DNA of 64,000 nt from an uncultured Candidatus Rokubacteria bacterium (GCA_963708025.1 CAVPSB010000013.1:160001-224000); one strand, 5' to 3'; counted from the first letter of the stretch, positions 21,701 to 34,914 are shown. Program-made: numbers and translations. The notes: generated from the sequence alone by a model not told the origin.

Positions 21701-24700
21701 TGGGGCGCTGATCCTGGCCGTCGTGGCCGGGATGTCGGTCGTCGCTCGTTCGGCCAGGCAGCTGGCCGATCGCCGTGCCGTTCCTCTTGCTGTGGGCCCT
21801 CTCGCCGCTCATCGCGCGATGGGTCAGCCGGCCCCCGCGCGTCGATCCGACGCAGGGGCTGTCGGCGTCGGATGCGAGGCTCCTCCGCTCGACCGCACGC
21901 CGCACGTGGCGGTTCTTCGAGGCGTTCGTCGGTCCCGGCGATACGTTCCTGCCGCCTGACAACTTCCAGGAGGACCCGGCGCCGGTCCTCGCCCACCGCA
22001 CGTCGCCGACCAACATCGGGCTGTACCTCGGGGCGATCGTCGCCGCCCGCGATCTCGGCTGGCTCGGGATGCTGGAGACCGTCGACCGGCTCGAGGCGAC
22101 GCTCGCGACGATGGGCCGGCTCGAGCGCTTTCGGGGCCACTTCTACAACTGGTATGAGACGACCGACCTTCGCCCGCTGGAGCCCCGCTACGTGTCCACG
22201 GTGGATAGCGGGAATCTGGCGAGCCAGCTCCTCGTTCTCGGGAATGCCTGTCGCGGGGCGCTCGAGCGCCCGCTACTCGATCGCGAAGCCTTCGCCGGAA
22301 TCGAGGACGCGGTATTGCTCGTGCGCGAGGCGGCGAGTGCCCTCGTGGATGACCGGCGCACGCAAACGGTCACGGCTCGGCCATCTGGACCAAGCCTGCG
22401 AGGCTCTGGTCATGACGCTTCGCGACCCACCCCGAACGGCGGCCGACTGGGTCGTCCGCTTGGGTCAGCTCGCCGGCCAGGCCGATGCCCTGGTGGACAT
22501 CGCACGCACGTTGACGGCGGAGCGCGGCGATGGCGAGGACTCGGACGTCCTCGTCTGGGCGCAGGCGACGCGCGCCACCATCGCGAGCCACCGGCGCGAC
22601 CTCGACCGGCTGATGCCGTGGGCATCCCACCTCGAGGCCGTCGTCGCCGATCTCTCCCCGCGTCCCGCGAGGCCGCGATCGCGAGCCGGGCCCTCTGTTC
22701 CTCGTTTCCCACCCTGGCCGCCCTGGCCGACCTCTGCGAGAGTGCGGTCAGCGAGCTCACGGCCATGCTCGACGGCCGCCCGCGCGCCGGGTCCGTCGCG
22801 TGGGGGTCGAGTCGAGCACGTCCACGAGCTCATCGGACAGCTGGAGGGCGCCGCCGTGGCGTCACGAGCGCTCGTCGAGCGCCTCTCCGCCATCGCCCGC
22901 GTCACGAAGCAGCTCTTCGATGCGATGGACTTTGGCTTCCTCTTCCACTCTGCGCGCAAGATCTTCTCGATCGGCTATCGCGTCACGGAGGGGAGTCTCG
23001 ATCCGAGCGCGTACGATCTCCTCGCCTCCGAAGCGCGGCTCGCGAGCTTCATCGCGATTGCCAACGGCGCGGCGCCCACGTCGCACTGGTTCCACCTGGG
23101 TCGCCCGATGACGCCCGTCGGGCTCGGGGCGGCGCTGGTGTCCTGGTCCGGCTCGATGTTCGAGTACCTGATGCCCGCGCTCGTCATGCAGGCGCCGCCG
23201 GGAAGCTTGCTCCAGCGGACGTATCGCCTCGTCGTCCAGCGTCAGATTGGGTACGGGGCGGAGCACGGGATTCCCTGGGGCATCTCCGAATCGGCGTACA
23301 ACGTGCGCGATCTCGACCTGACCTACCAGTATTCGAACTTCGGGGTTCCGGGTCTGGGTCTCGAGCGGGGCCTCAGCGAGGACTTGGTCGTCGCGCCCTA
23401 CGCGACCGCCCTGGCCGCCATGATCGACCCGGGTGCCGCCGCTCGCAACTTCACGCGCCTCATCGCGGTGGGCGGGAGGGGATTCTACGGCTTCTACGAG
23501 GCGCTGGACTACACGCCGTCCCGGCTCCCGGCGGGGACGACCGTGGCGATCGTTCGCGCCTACATGGCGCACCATCAGGGCATGACCCTCATCGCGCTGG
23601 CGAACGTGCTCCGAGATGGGGTGATGCGCGCGCGATTCCACGGCGAGCCCATCATCCAGGCGACCGAGCTTCTCTTGCAGGAGCGCGTGCCCCGGGACGT
23701 GGCGGTGGCGAGACCGCGGGCGGAAGAGGTGCAGGCGCCGGCCCATGTGCGGGAGTTCGTGGAGCCGTCCTTCCGGCAGTTCACGTCTCCGCACGACCCG
23801 ACGCCGCGGACGCACCTGCTCTCCAACGGCCGGTACACGGTGATGCTGACGACCGCGGGGTCGGGCTACAGCCGGTGCGCGGAGCTCGCCGTCACCCGAT
23901 GGCGGGAGGACGTCACCCGGGATCACTGGGGGACCTATCTCTTCCTGCGGGATGTCCAGAGCGGGGCGGTCTGGTCGGCGGGGTATCAGCCCACCGGCGT
24001 CGAGCCGGACGACTATCGCGTGACCTTCGCGGAGGACCGGGCCGAGTTGTATCGGCGCGATGGCGCCATCACGACCACGCTCGAGGTGCTGGTCTCGCCG
24101 GAGGACGACGCCGAGCTGCGGCGGGTGTCCGTCACGAACCTGGGGGGGCAGACGCGAGAGATCGAGCTGACCTCCTACGCCGAGCTCGTGCTGGCTCCGC
24201 CGGCGGCGGATACCGCGCACCAGGCCTTTTCCAGCCTCTTCGTCCAGACGGAATGGGTAGCCGATCTCGGGGCCCTGCTGGCGACCCGCCGTGGCCGGTC
24301 GGCGACGGAGCCGGCGATCTGGGCGGCCCACATCGTCGTCGTCGAAGGCCAGTCCGGTGGAGGGACTCAGTACGAGACCGACCGCGGGCGGTTCCTCGGC
24401 CGGGGTCGCGGGGTCCGCACCCCGATGTCGGTCATCGACGGGAGGCCCCTCTCGAACACGACCGGCTCGGTGCTCGATCCAATCTTCAGCCTCAGACGGC
24501 GAGTCCGTCTCGCGCCGGGAGAGAGCGCACGCCTGATCTTCTCCACGCTCGTCGGCCCGTCGCGCGAAGCCGCCGTGGCGCTCGCCGACAAGTATCGCGA
24601 CCCCGCGACGTTCGAGCGGACGGTCACGCTGGCCTGGACGCGGGCGCAGGTCCAGCTCAACCATCTCGGGGTTCGCGCGGACGAGGCCCGCCTGTTCCAG

Positions 24701-27656
24701 GATCTTGCGGGCCGGATTCTCTACGCGGACGCGACGCTTCGGCCCGCAGCGGATGGTGCTGCGGCAGAATGCGTCCGGGCCTGCGGCCCTGTGGGCCCAC
24801 GGGATCTCCGGCGACCTCCCGATCGTCCTGGTCCGCATCGACGAGCCGGAGGATCGAGGCATCGTCCGACAGCTCCTCCGCGCGCACGAGTACTGGCGCC
24901 TGAAGGGGCTGGCGGTCGATCTCGTCATTCTGAACGAGCGGGCGCACTCCTACACGGAGGAGCTCCAGGCGTCGCTGGAGACGCTGGTCCGGACGAGCCA
25001 GTCGGCGTCGCGGCACGAGGGGCACGAGACACACGGGAAGGTCTTCATCCTGCGGAAGGACCTGCTCAAGGCGCACGGAGCGCGATGCCCTGCAGACGGC
25101 CGCTCGAGCCATCCTCCTGAGTCGGCACGGCACGCTCGCGGAGCAGCTCGCGCGCGCCACGATCCGCTCCGAGCACGGCGGCCCCGCCCCGCCGCCGCCC
25201 GGCCCGAGCCCCAGTCCCCCGCCGACGCGCCGCCGGCCCGCCCGGAGTTCGAGTTCTTCAACGGGCTGGGGGGGTTCGTCGACGATGGGCGGGAGTACGT
25301 CACCGTCCTCGGGGAAGGGCAATGGACGCCCGCGCCCTGGATCAACGTCGTCGCGAATCCCGCGCTTCGGCTTCCAGGTCTCCGAGTGCGGGGCCGGCTA
25401 CACGTGGTCGCGCAACAGCCGGGAGAATCAGCTGACGGCGTGGTCCAACGATCCCGTCAGCGACCCGCCCGGGGAGACCATCTATGTCCGGGACGAAGAG
25501 ACCGGTGACCTGTGGGGCCCGACGCCGCTGCCCATCCGGGAGGACGCGTCGCCCTACGTCGCCCGGCATGGTCAGGGCTACAGCCGCTTCGAGCACACGT
25601 CCCATGGCATCTTCCTGAGTCTGCTCCAGTTCGTGCCGGTGAACGACCCGGTGAAGATCTCTCGGCTGAGGATCGAGAACCGATCCGGCAAGTCCCGGCG
25701 TCTGTCCGTGACCGCGTACGTCGAATGGGTCCTGGGAGTCTCGCGAAGCGCGACCGCGCCCGTCATCGTCACCGAGATCGATCCGGACACGGGTGCGCTG
25801 TTCGCGCGCAACCCGTGGAACATCGACTTCGGCGATCACGTGGCGTTCGCCGATCTCGGGGGTCGTCAGACCGCGTGGACCGGCGATCGGACGGAGGTCC
25901 TGGGTCGGAACGGAACACTCGATCATCCGGCGCTGCTGGAGCGAGGGGGCCGCCCGTCCGGCCGGGTCGGCGCCGGACTCGACCCCTGCGCGGCCCTGCA
26001 GACCGTGATCGAGGTGGCGCCCGGCGGGCGCGAGGAGATCGTGTTCTTCCTCGGTGAGGCCGCGACGGCCGCCGAGGCGCGCGGGCTGCTCACTCGCTAC
26101 CGGACAGCGGACCTCGATCTGACGTTGCAGGCCGTGAAGACTCGGTGGGACGACATCGTCGGCGCCATCCAGGTCAAGACGCCGGACCGCTCCGTGGACA
26201 TCATGCTCAACCGCTGGCTTCTCTACCAGACGCTCGCCTGCCGTGTCTGGGCCCGATCCGCCTTCTATCAGGCCGGGGGCGCGTACGGGTTTCGCGACCA
26301 GCTCCAGGACGTGATGGCCCTGACCGTCGCGAACCGGGAGGTCGCGCGGGAGCATCTCCTCCGGGCCGCCAGCCGCCAGTTCGTGGAGGGCGACGTGCAG
26401 CACTGGTGGCATCCCCCCTCCGGCCGGGGGGTGCGCACCCGGATCTCCGACGACGCGATCTGGTTGCCCTACGCCGTCACGCAGTACCTCGAGGCGACGG
26501 GCGATGCCGGCGTGCTCGACGAGGTCATCCCCTTCCTCGAAGGGCCCGTCCTCGCGACGGGGCAGCACGAGTCGTACTTCGAGCCCACGGTGTCCGCCGA
26601 GCACGGCACCGTGTTCGAGCACTGCGCCCGCGCGCTCGACCGGAGTCTCGCCATCGGCGCGCACGGCCTGCCCCTGATCGGTACGGGGGACTGGAACGAC
26701 GGCCTGAACCGCGTCGGCCCCGAGGGGCATGGAGAGAGCGTGTGGCTCGGCTGGTTCCTGCACACGACCCTCTGGGAGTTCGCGCGGTGGGCCGATGCCC
26801 GCGGCGAGCGCGGGCGCGCCGACAGGTGGCGCGGCCACGTCGACATCCTGAAGACCTCGCTCGAGGAGCAGGCGTGGGACGGGGACTGGTATCGTCGCGC
26901 CTTCTTCGACGACGGGACCCCCCTCGGGTCCGTCGTCAACGCGGAGTGCCGCATCGATTCCATCGCGCAGTCGTGGGGGGTGCTCTCGGGCGCCGCCGAG
27001 CCCGAAGCGCGCGGCGCGCGCGATGGCGGCCGTCGAGGAGTATCTCGTGCGGCGAGGTCAGGAGCTGGTCCTCCTGTTCACGCCCCCGTTCGACCGCGCG
27101 CCTGTCGACCCCGGCTACATCAAGGGCTACCCGCCGGGCGTGCGCGAGAACGGCGGCCAGTATACCCATGCCGCGATCTGGTCGGTGATGGCGTTCGCGG
27201 CGCTCGGTGACGGCGACAAGGCCAACGAGCTCTTCTCGATCCTGAACCCGATCAACCGCGCGAGCACGCGGGCGGGAGTCCACCGGTACAAGGTGGAGCC
27301 CTACGTGGCGGCCGCCGACGTCTATGCCGAGTCCCCGCACGTCGGCCGCGGAGGATGGACGTGGTATACGGGCTCCGCGGGCTGGATGTACCGCGCGGGG
27401 ATCGAGTGGCTCCTCGGGTTCCGGCTGCGTGGCGCGGTGCTTCACCTCGACCCCTGCATCCCGCGCGCGTGGCGACGCTTCGAGATCGCGTTCCGCTACC
27501 ACGGGTCGCGCTACGAGATCACGGTCGAGAACCCCCGCGGGGTGACGCGGGGCATCGCCCGATCGAGGTCGATGGACCCTCCTCGCGTCCGGCAGCGCGA
27601 GCCTCCCGTTGACCGCGGATGGCGCGACGCATCGCGTGCGCGTCGTCCTCGGATGA
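18750..27656 (+). CDS. ndvB: Cyclic beta-1,2-glucan synthase (NdvB/ChvB/Cgs-like: GT84 + glycoamylase-like + GH94), many frameshifts; start approximate
   Basis: IRAELFS, AAEWFVDNF, WMGWERKRGKL, YVITLDADT, SHDLFEG, RQHRWARGDWQ, PPDNFQE, YDLLASEARL, PWGISES, QAGGAYGFRDQLQD, GDWNDG, RENGGQYTHA, WYTGSAGW; ends RVVLG-TGA at 27656. Confidence 0.92.
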
Positions 27657-27754
27657 GAGCTCCGACCAGGGCAGTCACCAGGCTGATCACCAGGCCGCCA
27701 CGAAGACTCCGATGATCAGCGGCGATTACGAGGGCGTCCCTTCGGACGCCTCCG

Positions 27755-28045
27755 TCACACTCGTCCGCTTGCTGGTGCTGGGCGAATCGTCTCCTGCCCC
27801 GCTCGCAGAGCCTCGCTGACGTGCTCCGTCGCGTCCTGCACGGCTTCCTCAGCGCGCCGTAAGGTGTCCCCACCGCGATCGACCAGCTTGCCGAGCCTCT
27901 CCCCTACTCCCTGAACGCCTTCCGCGGCTTTCGTGCGCACCGCGCGCGATCCCTCCCCCAGATAGTCCTCGATCTCCTTCCCCCAGAACCATACGGCGAC
28001 TGCACCGGTGATCGCTCCCAAGACGAACACTTCACTCGTTCGCAT
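27755..28045 (-). CDS. YtxH-like general stress protein
   Basis: FVLGAITGAVAVWFW followed by an amphipathic coiled region; AAGGAGG RBS. Confidence 0.6.
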   Translation of the reverse strand: MRTSEVFVLGAITGAVAVWFWGKEIEDYLGEGSRAVRTKAAEGVQGVGERLGKLVDRGGDTLRRAEEAVQDATEHVSEALRAGQETIRPAPASGRV

Positions 28046-28097
28046 CGCGGGTCCTCCTTAGTTGCAAGACTTGAACTTCCCTACGCGGATCCATGTC

Positions 28098-28259
28098 TCA
28101 GCGCCGCTCTCTGCGACGTCGCCGTCGTGCGGCCGTGCGACCCGGAAATCGCGCCGTCCCCGGATGCCTGCTTCCTTTCCCGAAGCCGGGATGGCATTCG
28201 GGTCGGCAAAACGGCCCCTCGCCCGTAAACTCCTTCTTGCAGGTGTCACACTGCGCCAT
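28098..28259 (-). CDS. Small Cys4 Zn-binding protein with Arg-rich tail (53 aa)
   Basis: GGAGG RBS; MAQCDTCKKEFTGEGPFCRPEC...RRRRRRERR. Confidence 0.6.
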   Translation of the reverse strand: MAQCDTCKKEFTGEGPFCRPECHPGFGKGSRHPGTARFPGRTAARRRRRRERR

Positions 28260-28423
28260 TGTTGAATCCTCCACGAGACTGGTTCGCGACGACCATCGCT
28301 GGGCTGGGCCGGGCTCACCAGACGCCCGCGCCCTCGCTGACGTGCTCGAGTTGCTCCGCCAGGGTCCAGCGGACCGGGACCGGGTTGGGCGTCTCGCCTT
28401 GCGGGTGCATCGACCGCTCGTAC

Positions 28424-28443
28424 TGTACCATAGTTCTAGTACA
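28424..28443. promoter_or_regulatory. Operator 5 TGTACCAT-AGTT-CTAGTACA
   Basis: Same consensus, in the divergent Zn-finger/groES intergenic region. Confidence 0.75.
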
Positions 28444-28527
28444 CTCCGTACAACCCATCGAGCCCCCAAGCCGAGGGGCCGCGAGCGTCGCCCGCTCGCC
28501 GTGGGGCCCGGGGCTCACGTTGCTCGA

Positions 28528-28556
28528 TTGCCACTGTACTACTTTAGTGGTACACT
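28528..28556 (+). promoter_or_regulatory. groES promoter TTGCCA-N17-TACACT overlapped by operator 6 TGTACTAC-TTTA-GTGGTACA (28535-28554)
   Basis: Near-consensus sigma70 promoter; the operator spans the spacer and part of the -10. Confidence 0.85.
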
Positions 28557-28618
28557 GACAAGTGCGGCAAGATTTCACCTGCATCGCACACCCCCTCGCC
28601 GAAGGAGGCACTCGCACC

Positions 28619-28927
28619 ATGACTCAGGCAACGAAGACGAAGCTCCGCCCGCTCCACGACCGTGTCCTCGTCAAGCGTGTTGACGAAGAGGAAGTCCGCC
28701 GCGGCGGCATCATCATCCCGGACAGCGCGAAGGAGAAGCCCCAGGAGGGCAAGGTGATGGCCGTCGGCACCGGCAAGGTGACCGAGGACGGCAAGAAGAT
28801 CCCGCTCGACGTCAAGGCGGGCGATCGGATCCTGTTCGGGAAGTACTCCGGCAGCGAGGTCAAGATCGACGACCAGGAGTACCTCATCATGAAGGAGGAG
28901 GACGTCCTCGGCATCCTCGGAGCATGA
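28619..28927 (+). CDS. groES: Co-chaperonin GroES
   Basis: [44 protein letters not shown]. Confidence 0.98.
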   Translation: MTQATKTKLRPLHDRVLVKRVDEEEVRRGGIIIPDSAKEKPQEGKVMAVGTGKVTEDGKKIPLDVKAGDRILFGKYSGSEVKIDDQEYLIMKEEDVLGILGA

Positions 28928-28982
28928 ACGAACGGCCCCGCCGTCGCAACCATCTTCTGGACAACCTAGGAGGACCGATCTA

Positions 28983-30596
<1,614 letters not shown>

Positions 30597-30638
30597 ACCG
30601 AGGTCAGGCGCGACTGCTGACCGCATCTTCCTCGGCGA

Positions 30639-30671
30639 AACGGCCTCTGGGGGTCTTCCTCGGAGGCCGTT
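30639..30671 (+). terminator. Hairpin after groEL
   Basis: AACGGCCTCTG...CGGAGGCCGTT inverted repeat; weak U-tract. Confidence 0.45.
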
Positions 30672-30839
30672 GTCAGCCCATCGCCGAGCCCGGCAAGCCG
30701 TGGTCGGCAGCAGGTCCGGATGATGGCGCACACGTCAGCCAGAGGGTGGCGTCCGATCGCCCAATCGGTGGAGGCTCGCTCCACCCGCCCTGGTCAGCAG
30801 CGCCGCGGCCGGAGCTCGACCGGCTGCTGATGCACTAGG

Positions 30840-30944
30840 ATGAGCGAAACTCTGGTTGACCCCGTCATCCTCACCACCGATGCTGATTTCCGCATCTATC
30901 GCCGCCTCAGTCGTCACGTTGTTCCCTGCGTGACACCGTACTGA
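30840..30944 (+). pseudogene. C-terminal relic of a PIN-domain (VapC-like) toxin
   Basis: Manual translation MSETLVDPVILTTDADFRIYRRLSRHVVPCVTPY (LTTD.DFRIYRR motif). Confidence 0.65.
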
Positions 30945-31114
30945 CGTTGCCGCCCCGTCTCGAGCGGGCGCGCGCAAGCCCGGCGAGCCGCCCCAACGGC
31001 GTGCCAGGCCGTGGTCTACAGCCTCTCGAGCAGCCTCTACCGCGTGAGAGTGGCCCGGTTCGGCGCGCACCTTCGTGGCGTCCTCTGTGCCGGGATTTCA
31101 GCTATGCTCGAAGC

Positions 31115-32428
31115 GTGGCGCCAACGAAGGCGGAGCGCGTCGGGCTCGAGGTCGCCGGCCGCGAGGTGGCGATCACCAACCCGAGCAAGGTCTACTTCCC
31201 CGAGGCCGGGATCACCAAGCTCGAGGTCGTCCGCTACTACCTCGCCGTGGCCGAGGGCGCGCTGCGAGGCGCGGGCGGCCGCCCCAACGTGCTGGTGCGC
31301 TATGCCGACGGCATCCATGGCGAGTCCTTCTACCAGAAGCGCGCGCCCCACGCGCGCCCGGAGTGGGTCGAGGTCGTCGCGCTCCGCTTCCCCTCGGGCC
31401 GGACCGCCGAAGAGGTCGTGCCGCGCGACGCCGCGGCCCTCGCGTGGATGGCGAACCTGGGATGCCTGGAGCTGCACCCCCATCCCGTGCGGGCGGAGGA
31501 CCTCGATCATCCCGACGAGCTGCGGATCGACCTCGACCCGGTGCCGGGTGTCGAGTGGTCGCAGCTCGTGGCCGTGGCCCAGGTCGTCCGCGCGGCCCTG
31601 GCCGACCTGGGCCTCCTGGGCTGGCCGAAGACCTCGGGCTCGCGAGGCATTCACGTCAACGTGCGGATCCACCGCCGGTGGTCGTTCTTGCAGGTGAGGC
31701 GCGCCGCCCTCGCCCTGGCTCGCGAGGTGGAGCGGCGGGCGCCGACGCTCGCCACCAGCAAGTGGTGGAAGGAGGAGCGTCACGGCGTCTTCCTCGACTA
31801 CAACCAGAACGCCAAGGACCGCACCGTCGCCAGCGCCTACTCGGTGCGTCCCAAGCCCGACGCGCGCGTCTCGGCGCCGGTGACGTGGGACGAGCTGAGC
31901 GAGTGCCGGCCGGAGGACTTCACGCTGCGCACGATGCCGGACCGCTTCGCCGCGATCGGGGACCGGCACGCGCAGATCGACGAGCACCCGTGCTCGCTGG
32001 AGCCGCTGCTGGAGCTCTCCGCCACGCAGGAGGCGGAAGGCCTCGGCGACGCGCCGTGGCCGCCCCACTACGCCAAGCAGCCGGACGAGCCGTCCCGCGT
32101 CGCACCGTCACGAGCGAAGAGCGAGCGAATCCCCCGCGGTGGCCGGGTCTCGACGAAGCCGCTCGTCGAGATCGGCCGGGCGCAGAGGCAAGAGGATGCT
32201 CTGGCCGGGCTCGAGCGATGGAAGGCGCGCCACCCCGAGGCCGCCCGGCACCTCCAGCCCGCTGACGTGCTCGTCGACTCGATGCGGGGCCGCTCCTCGA
32301 CCTGGACTCGCGTCCGAGTGAACCTGGAGCACGTGCCCGAGACACTCCGCCCGGAGCAGGAGCCCCTCGATCCGGACGGCCCGCTTTCCTACACGTCATC
32401 CCCTCCGCGCCGATCGCGAAGGACATGA
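31115..32428 (+). CDS. LigD-type primase-polymerase (Prim-PolC-like), stand-alone
   Basis: ITNPSKVYFP, FYQKRAP, HPDELRIDLDP, KTSGSRGIH, WWKEERHGVFLDYNQNAKDRT. Confidence 0.9.
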   Translation: MAPTKAERVGLEVAGREVAITNPSKVYFPEAGITKLEVVRYYLAVAEGALRGAGGRPNVLVRYADGIHGESFYQKRAPHARPEWVEVVALRFPSGRTAEEVVPRDAAALAWMANLGCLELHPHPVRAEDLDHPDELRIDLDPVPGVEWSQLVAVAQVVRAALADLGLLGWPKTSGSRGIHVNVRIHRRWSFLQVRRAALALAREVERRAPTLATSKWWKEERHGVFLDYNQNAKDRTVASAYSVRPKPDARVSAPVTWDELSECRPEDFTLRTMPDRFAAIGDRHAQIDEHPCSLEPLLELSATQEAEGLGDAPWPPHYAKQPDEPSRVAPSRAKSERIPRGGRVSTKPLVEIGRAQRQEDALAGLERWKARHPEAARHLQPADVLVDSMRGRSSTWTRVRVNLEHVPETLRPEQEPLDPDGPLSYTSSPPRRSRRT

Positions 32429-32491
32429 CGGTCTCGCCCGGGCGCCGCCGGCTCCGGGCGGCAGGGCGACGTCGGGCTGAGGGCGCGGGGT

Positions 32492-33566
32492 CTATCCCCG
32501 GGTCTCCCCGAAGATCTCGGTCAGCTCCGCCGGAGGCGTGACCTCGAGCTGGTCGTAGCGGCAGTCCGCGGGCCGCTTGTCCGGCCGCCAGCGCACGAAG
32601 GTCGCCGCGTGCCGGAAGCGGTCGCCCTGCAGATGGTCGTACGTGACCTCACACACGCGCTCGATGCGCAGCGGCTCCCACGAGAGGTCCTTCCCCTGGC
32701 TCCACCGGCTGGTGCGCGCCGGGCATGCGGGTCGAGCCATCGCCCGCCGCCGCCCACTCGCGCCAGGGATGTCCCTCGAGCGCGTTCTTGCGCAGCGGCG
32801 CCAGATCCTTCGCCAGCTGGCGGCGCACCGCCGTCGTGAAGGACGACGTCACCCCGACGTGGTGCAGCCCGCCCGCCGCGTCGTAGAGCCCGAGGAGCAG
32901 CGAGCCGACGAGCTCGCCGGGGCCCTTCTTGTACCAGCGGAAGCCCGCGACCACGCAGTCGGCCGTGCGCGCGTGCTTGACCTTGATCATCACGCGCTTG
33001 CCGGGCTGGTACGTCGTGCTCTCGTGCTTGGCGATGACCCCGTCGAGCCCGGCGCCTTCGAAGCGGTGGAACCAGTCCTGCGCCACGGCCCGGTCGCGGC
33101 TGCACGGGGTGAGATGGACGCGGCCGCCGGCGCGCGCGAGCGCCTCCTCGAGCTGCGCCCGGCGCTCGGCCTGCGGCCGGGAGCGCAGGTCGCGGTCACC
33201 CTCCGCCAGAAGATCGAAGGCGACGAACGACGACGGCGTCTCGACCGCGAGCTTGGCCACCCGCGAGGCCGCCGGGTGCAGGCGCAGCTGGAGCGCGTCG
33301 AAGTCCAGCCCGTGCCCGGTGGCGATCACGATCTCGCCGTCGACGACGCAGCGCTCGGGCAGGGTGGCCAGCAGGGGCGCCGCCAGCTCGGGGAAGTAGC
33401 GATCGAGCGGCCGCAGGTCACGGCTCTGCAGGTAGAGCCGGTCGCCGTCGCGGAACACGATCGCGCGGAACCCGTCCCACTTCGGCTCGAAGAGCCACCC
33501 GTCGCCGGCCGGCAGCTCACTCGCAAGCTTCGCCAGCATCGGCTCGATCGGCGGCTCGAGGATCAC
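32492..33566 (-). CDS. ligC: ATP-dependent DNA ligase LigC, frameshift near 32715
   Basis: PMLAK, EPKWDGFR, VDGEIV, AFDLL, GLDGVIAK, MIKVKH.RTADCVV, SRWS..KDLSWEPLR, RFRH. Confidence 0.9.
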
Positions 33567-34438
33567 CGCGAGCGCCGCGCGGCGATGCGCGCTTCGGCGG
33601 AGACCCAGCCCGCGTCGAAGTGGCACCCCGGCTCGTCGAGGTCGATCACGAGCGGCGCGTGGTCCGAGGGAAGCGGCTTGCCCTTGCGCGCCTCGCGGTC
33701 GATCTCGGCCCACACGACGCGACTCGCGAGCGGCGCCGACACCAGGAGGTGGTCGATGCGCATGCCGAAGTTCTTGTGGAAGTTGCCGGCGCGGTAGTCC
33801 CACCAGGTGTAGCGCCCGGGCTCGGGGTGCTGCCGGCGATAGATGTCGACGAGCCCCCAGTCGCAGAGCCGCGCGAAGGCCTTCCGCTCCGGCTCCGAGA
33901 CGTGGGTCCCGCCGTGGCAGGCCTGCGCGTCCCAGACGTCGATGTCCGCGGGCGCGACGTTCAGGTCGCCCCCGAGCACGAGAGGCTCGCTCGGGTCCAC
34001 CGCCTCGGCCAGCCAGCGGGCGAGGCGGTCGAACCAGGCCAGCTTGGCCTGATAGAAGACCGAGCCGACGCTCCGGCCGTTGGGCGCGTACAGGCACACG
34101 ACGCGGACGCCGCCGCACACGGCCGAGATCATCCGCGCCTCCGCGAACGGCTCGTCGTCGCCCACGTCCTCGGTGCGGGCGGGGCGCAGCGGATCGCCGA
34201 AGTTCGTCACCACGTCCTCGATGCCACAGCGGCTCGCGATGGCGACGCCGTTCCACTGACCCTCGCCGTGATGCGCCAGCGCATAGCCGGCGCGGTGGAA
34301 CACGTCGGCCGGGGCCTCGGCGTCCGCCAGCTTCGTCTCCTGCATCAACACCACGTCCGGCCGGGCACGCTCGAGCCACCAGGTGACCTTGTCCAGGCGG
34401 GCCTTCAGCGAGTTGACGTTCCAGGTCGCTATCCGCAC
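33563..34438 (-). CDS. xth: Exodeoxyribonuclease III / AP endonuclease
   Basis: ATWNVNS, MQETK, YAPNG, GDLNVAP, WWDYR, RIDHLL, SDHAP. Confidence 0.95.
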   Translation of the reverse strand: MRIATWNVNSLKARLDKVTWWLERARPDVVLMQETKLADAEAPADVFHRAGYALAHHGEGQWNGVAIASRCGIEDVVTNFGDPLRPARTEDVGDDEPFAEARMISAVCGGVRVVCLYAPNGRSVGSVFYQAKLAWFDRLARWLAEAVDPSEPLVLGGDLNVAPADIDVWDAQACHGGTHVSEPERKAFARLCDWGLVDIYRRQHPEPGRYTWWDYRAGNFHKNFGMRIDHLLVSAPLASRVVWAEIDREARKGKPLPSDHAPLVIDLDEPGCHFDAGWVSAEARIAARRSR

Positions 34439-34689
34439 GGACCTAGGTTACCGCGTCCCGGTCCGCCGCGACACGGGTGGCGTCCCGCACGAGGGTCCTC
34501 GCCGGGCGCCGCAGGTCCTGGGCGGACGGACGGCGCGACCGCTGGCGCTGCCCGCATGGCCGCGGAACGCTCGGGGAGCAAGAGCTCCCGCGCTGCTCCC
34601 GCTTATTGGACCTTGCTCCCATGCTCGGCCGGGGACTCGCCGGGCCACGGAGCGGATGGGCCGCCCTCGCCGCGGTCCTCGACGGAGCC

Positions 34690-34871
34690 TGGGACCGACC
34701 GCACCGTGACTCGCGGAGACACCCGGCCCTCGGCGACTTTCTTGTCGTTGATGAAGAGGGCCACCCTTCCCGGTGCCGCCCCCATCGTAGGCGAAGTCGA
34801 GGCGCACTGTGCTCTTGCCGGCGGGCACCGCCTCGCTCGAGGCGATGACGTAGCGGTGCTCCTCGAACGCG
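34690..34871 (-). pseudogene. C-terminal relic of an arylsulfatase
   Basis: RYVIASSEAVPAGKSTVRLDFAYDGGGTGKGG / ALFINDKKVAEGRV across a frameshift. Confidence 0.6.
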
Positions 34872-34914
34872 TTTGGTCGCCGCGATGCCGTCGCGAGCCG
34901 GCCACGATCCGAGC

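Noticed and set aside
18750-27656. Multiple frameshifts as programmed frameshifting or pseudogenisation (also in pckG, ftsH, ligC, ccoO, APC transporter)
   Set aside because: Single-base indels are scattered through many unrelated, otherwise intact genes, often in G/C runs; sequencing error is the simpler explanation.
28603-28630. GGCACTC near the groES RBS as a CIRCE half-site
   Set aside because: No matching GAGTGC arm at 9-bp spacing.
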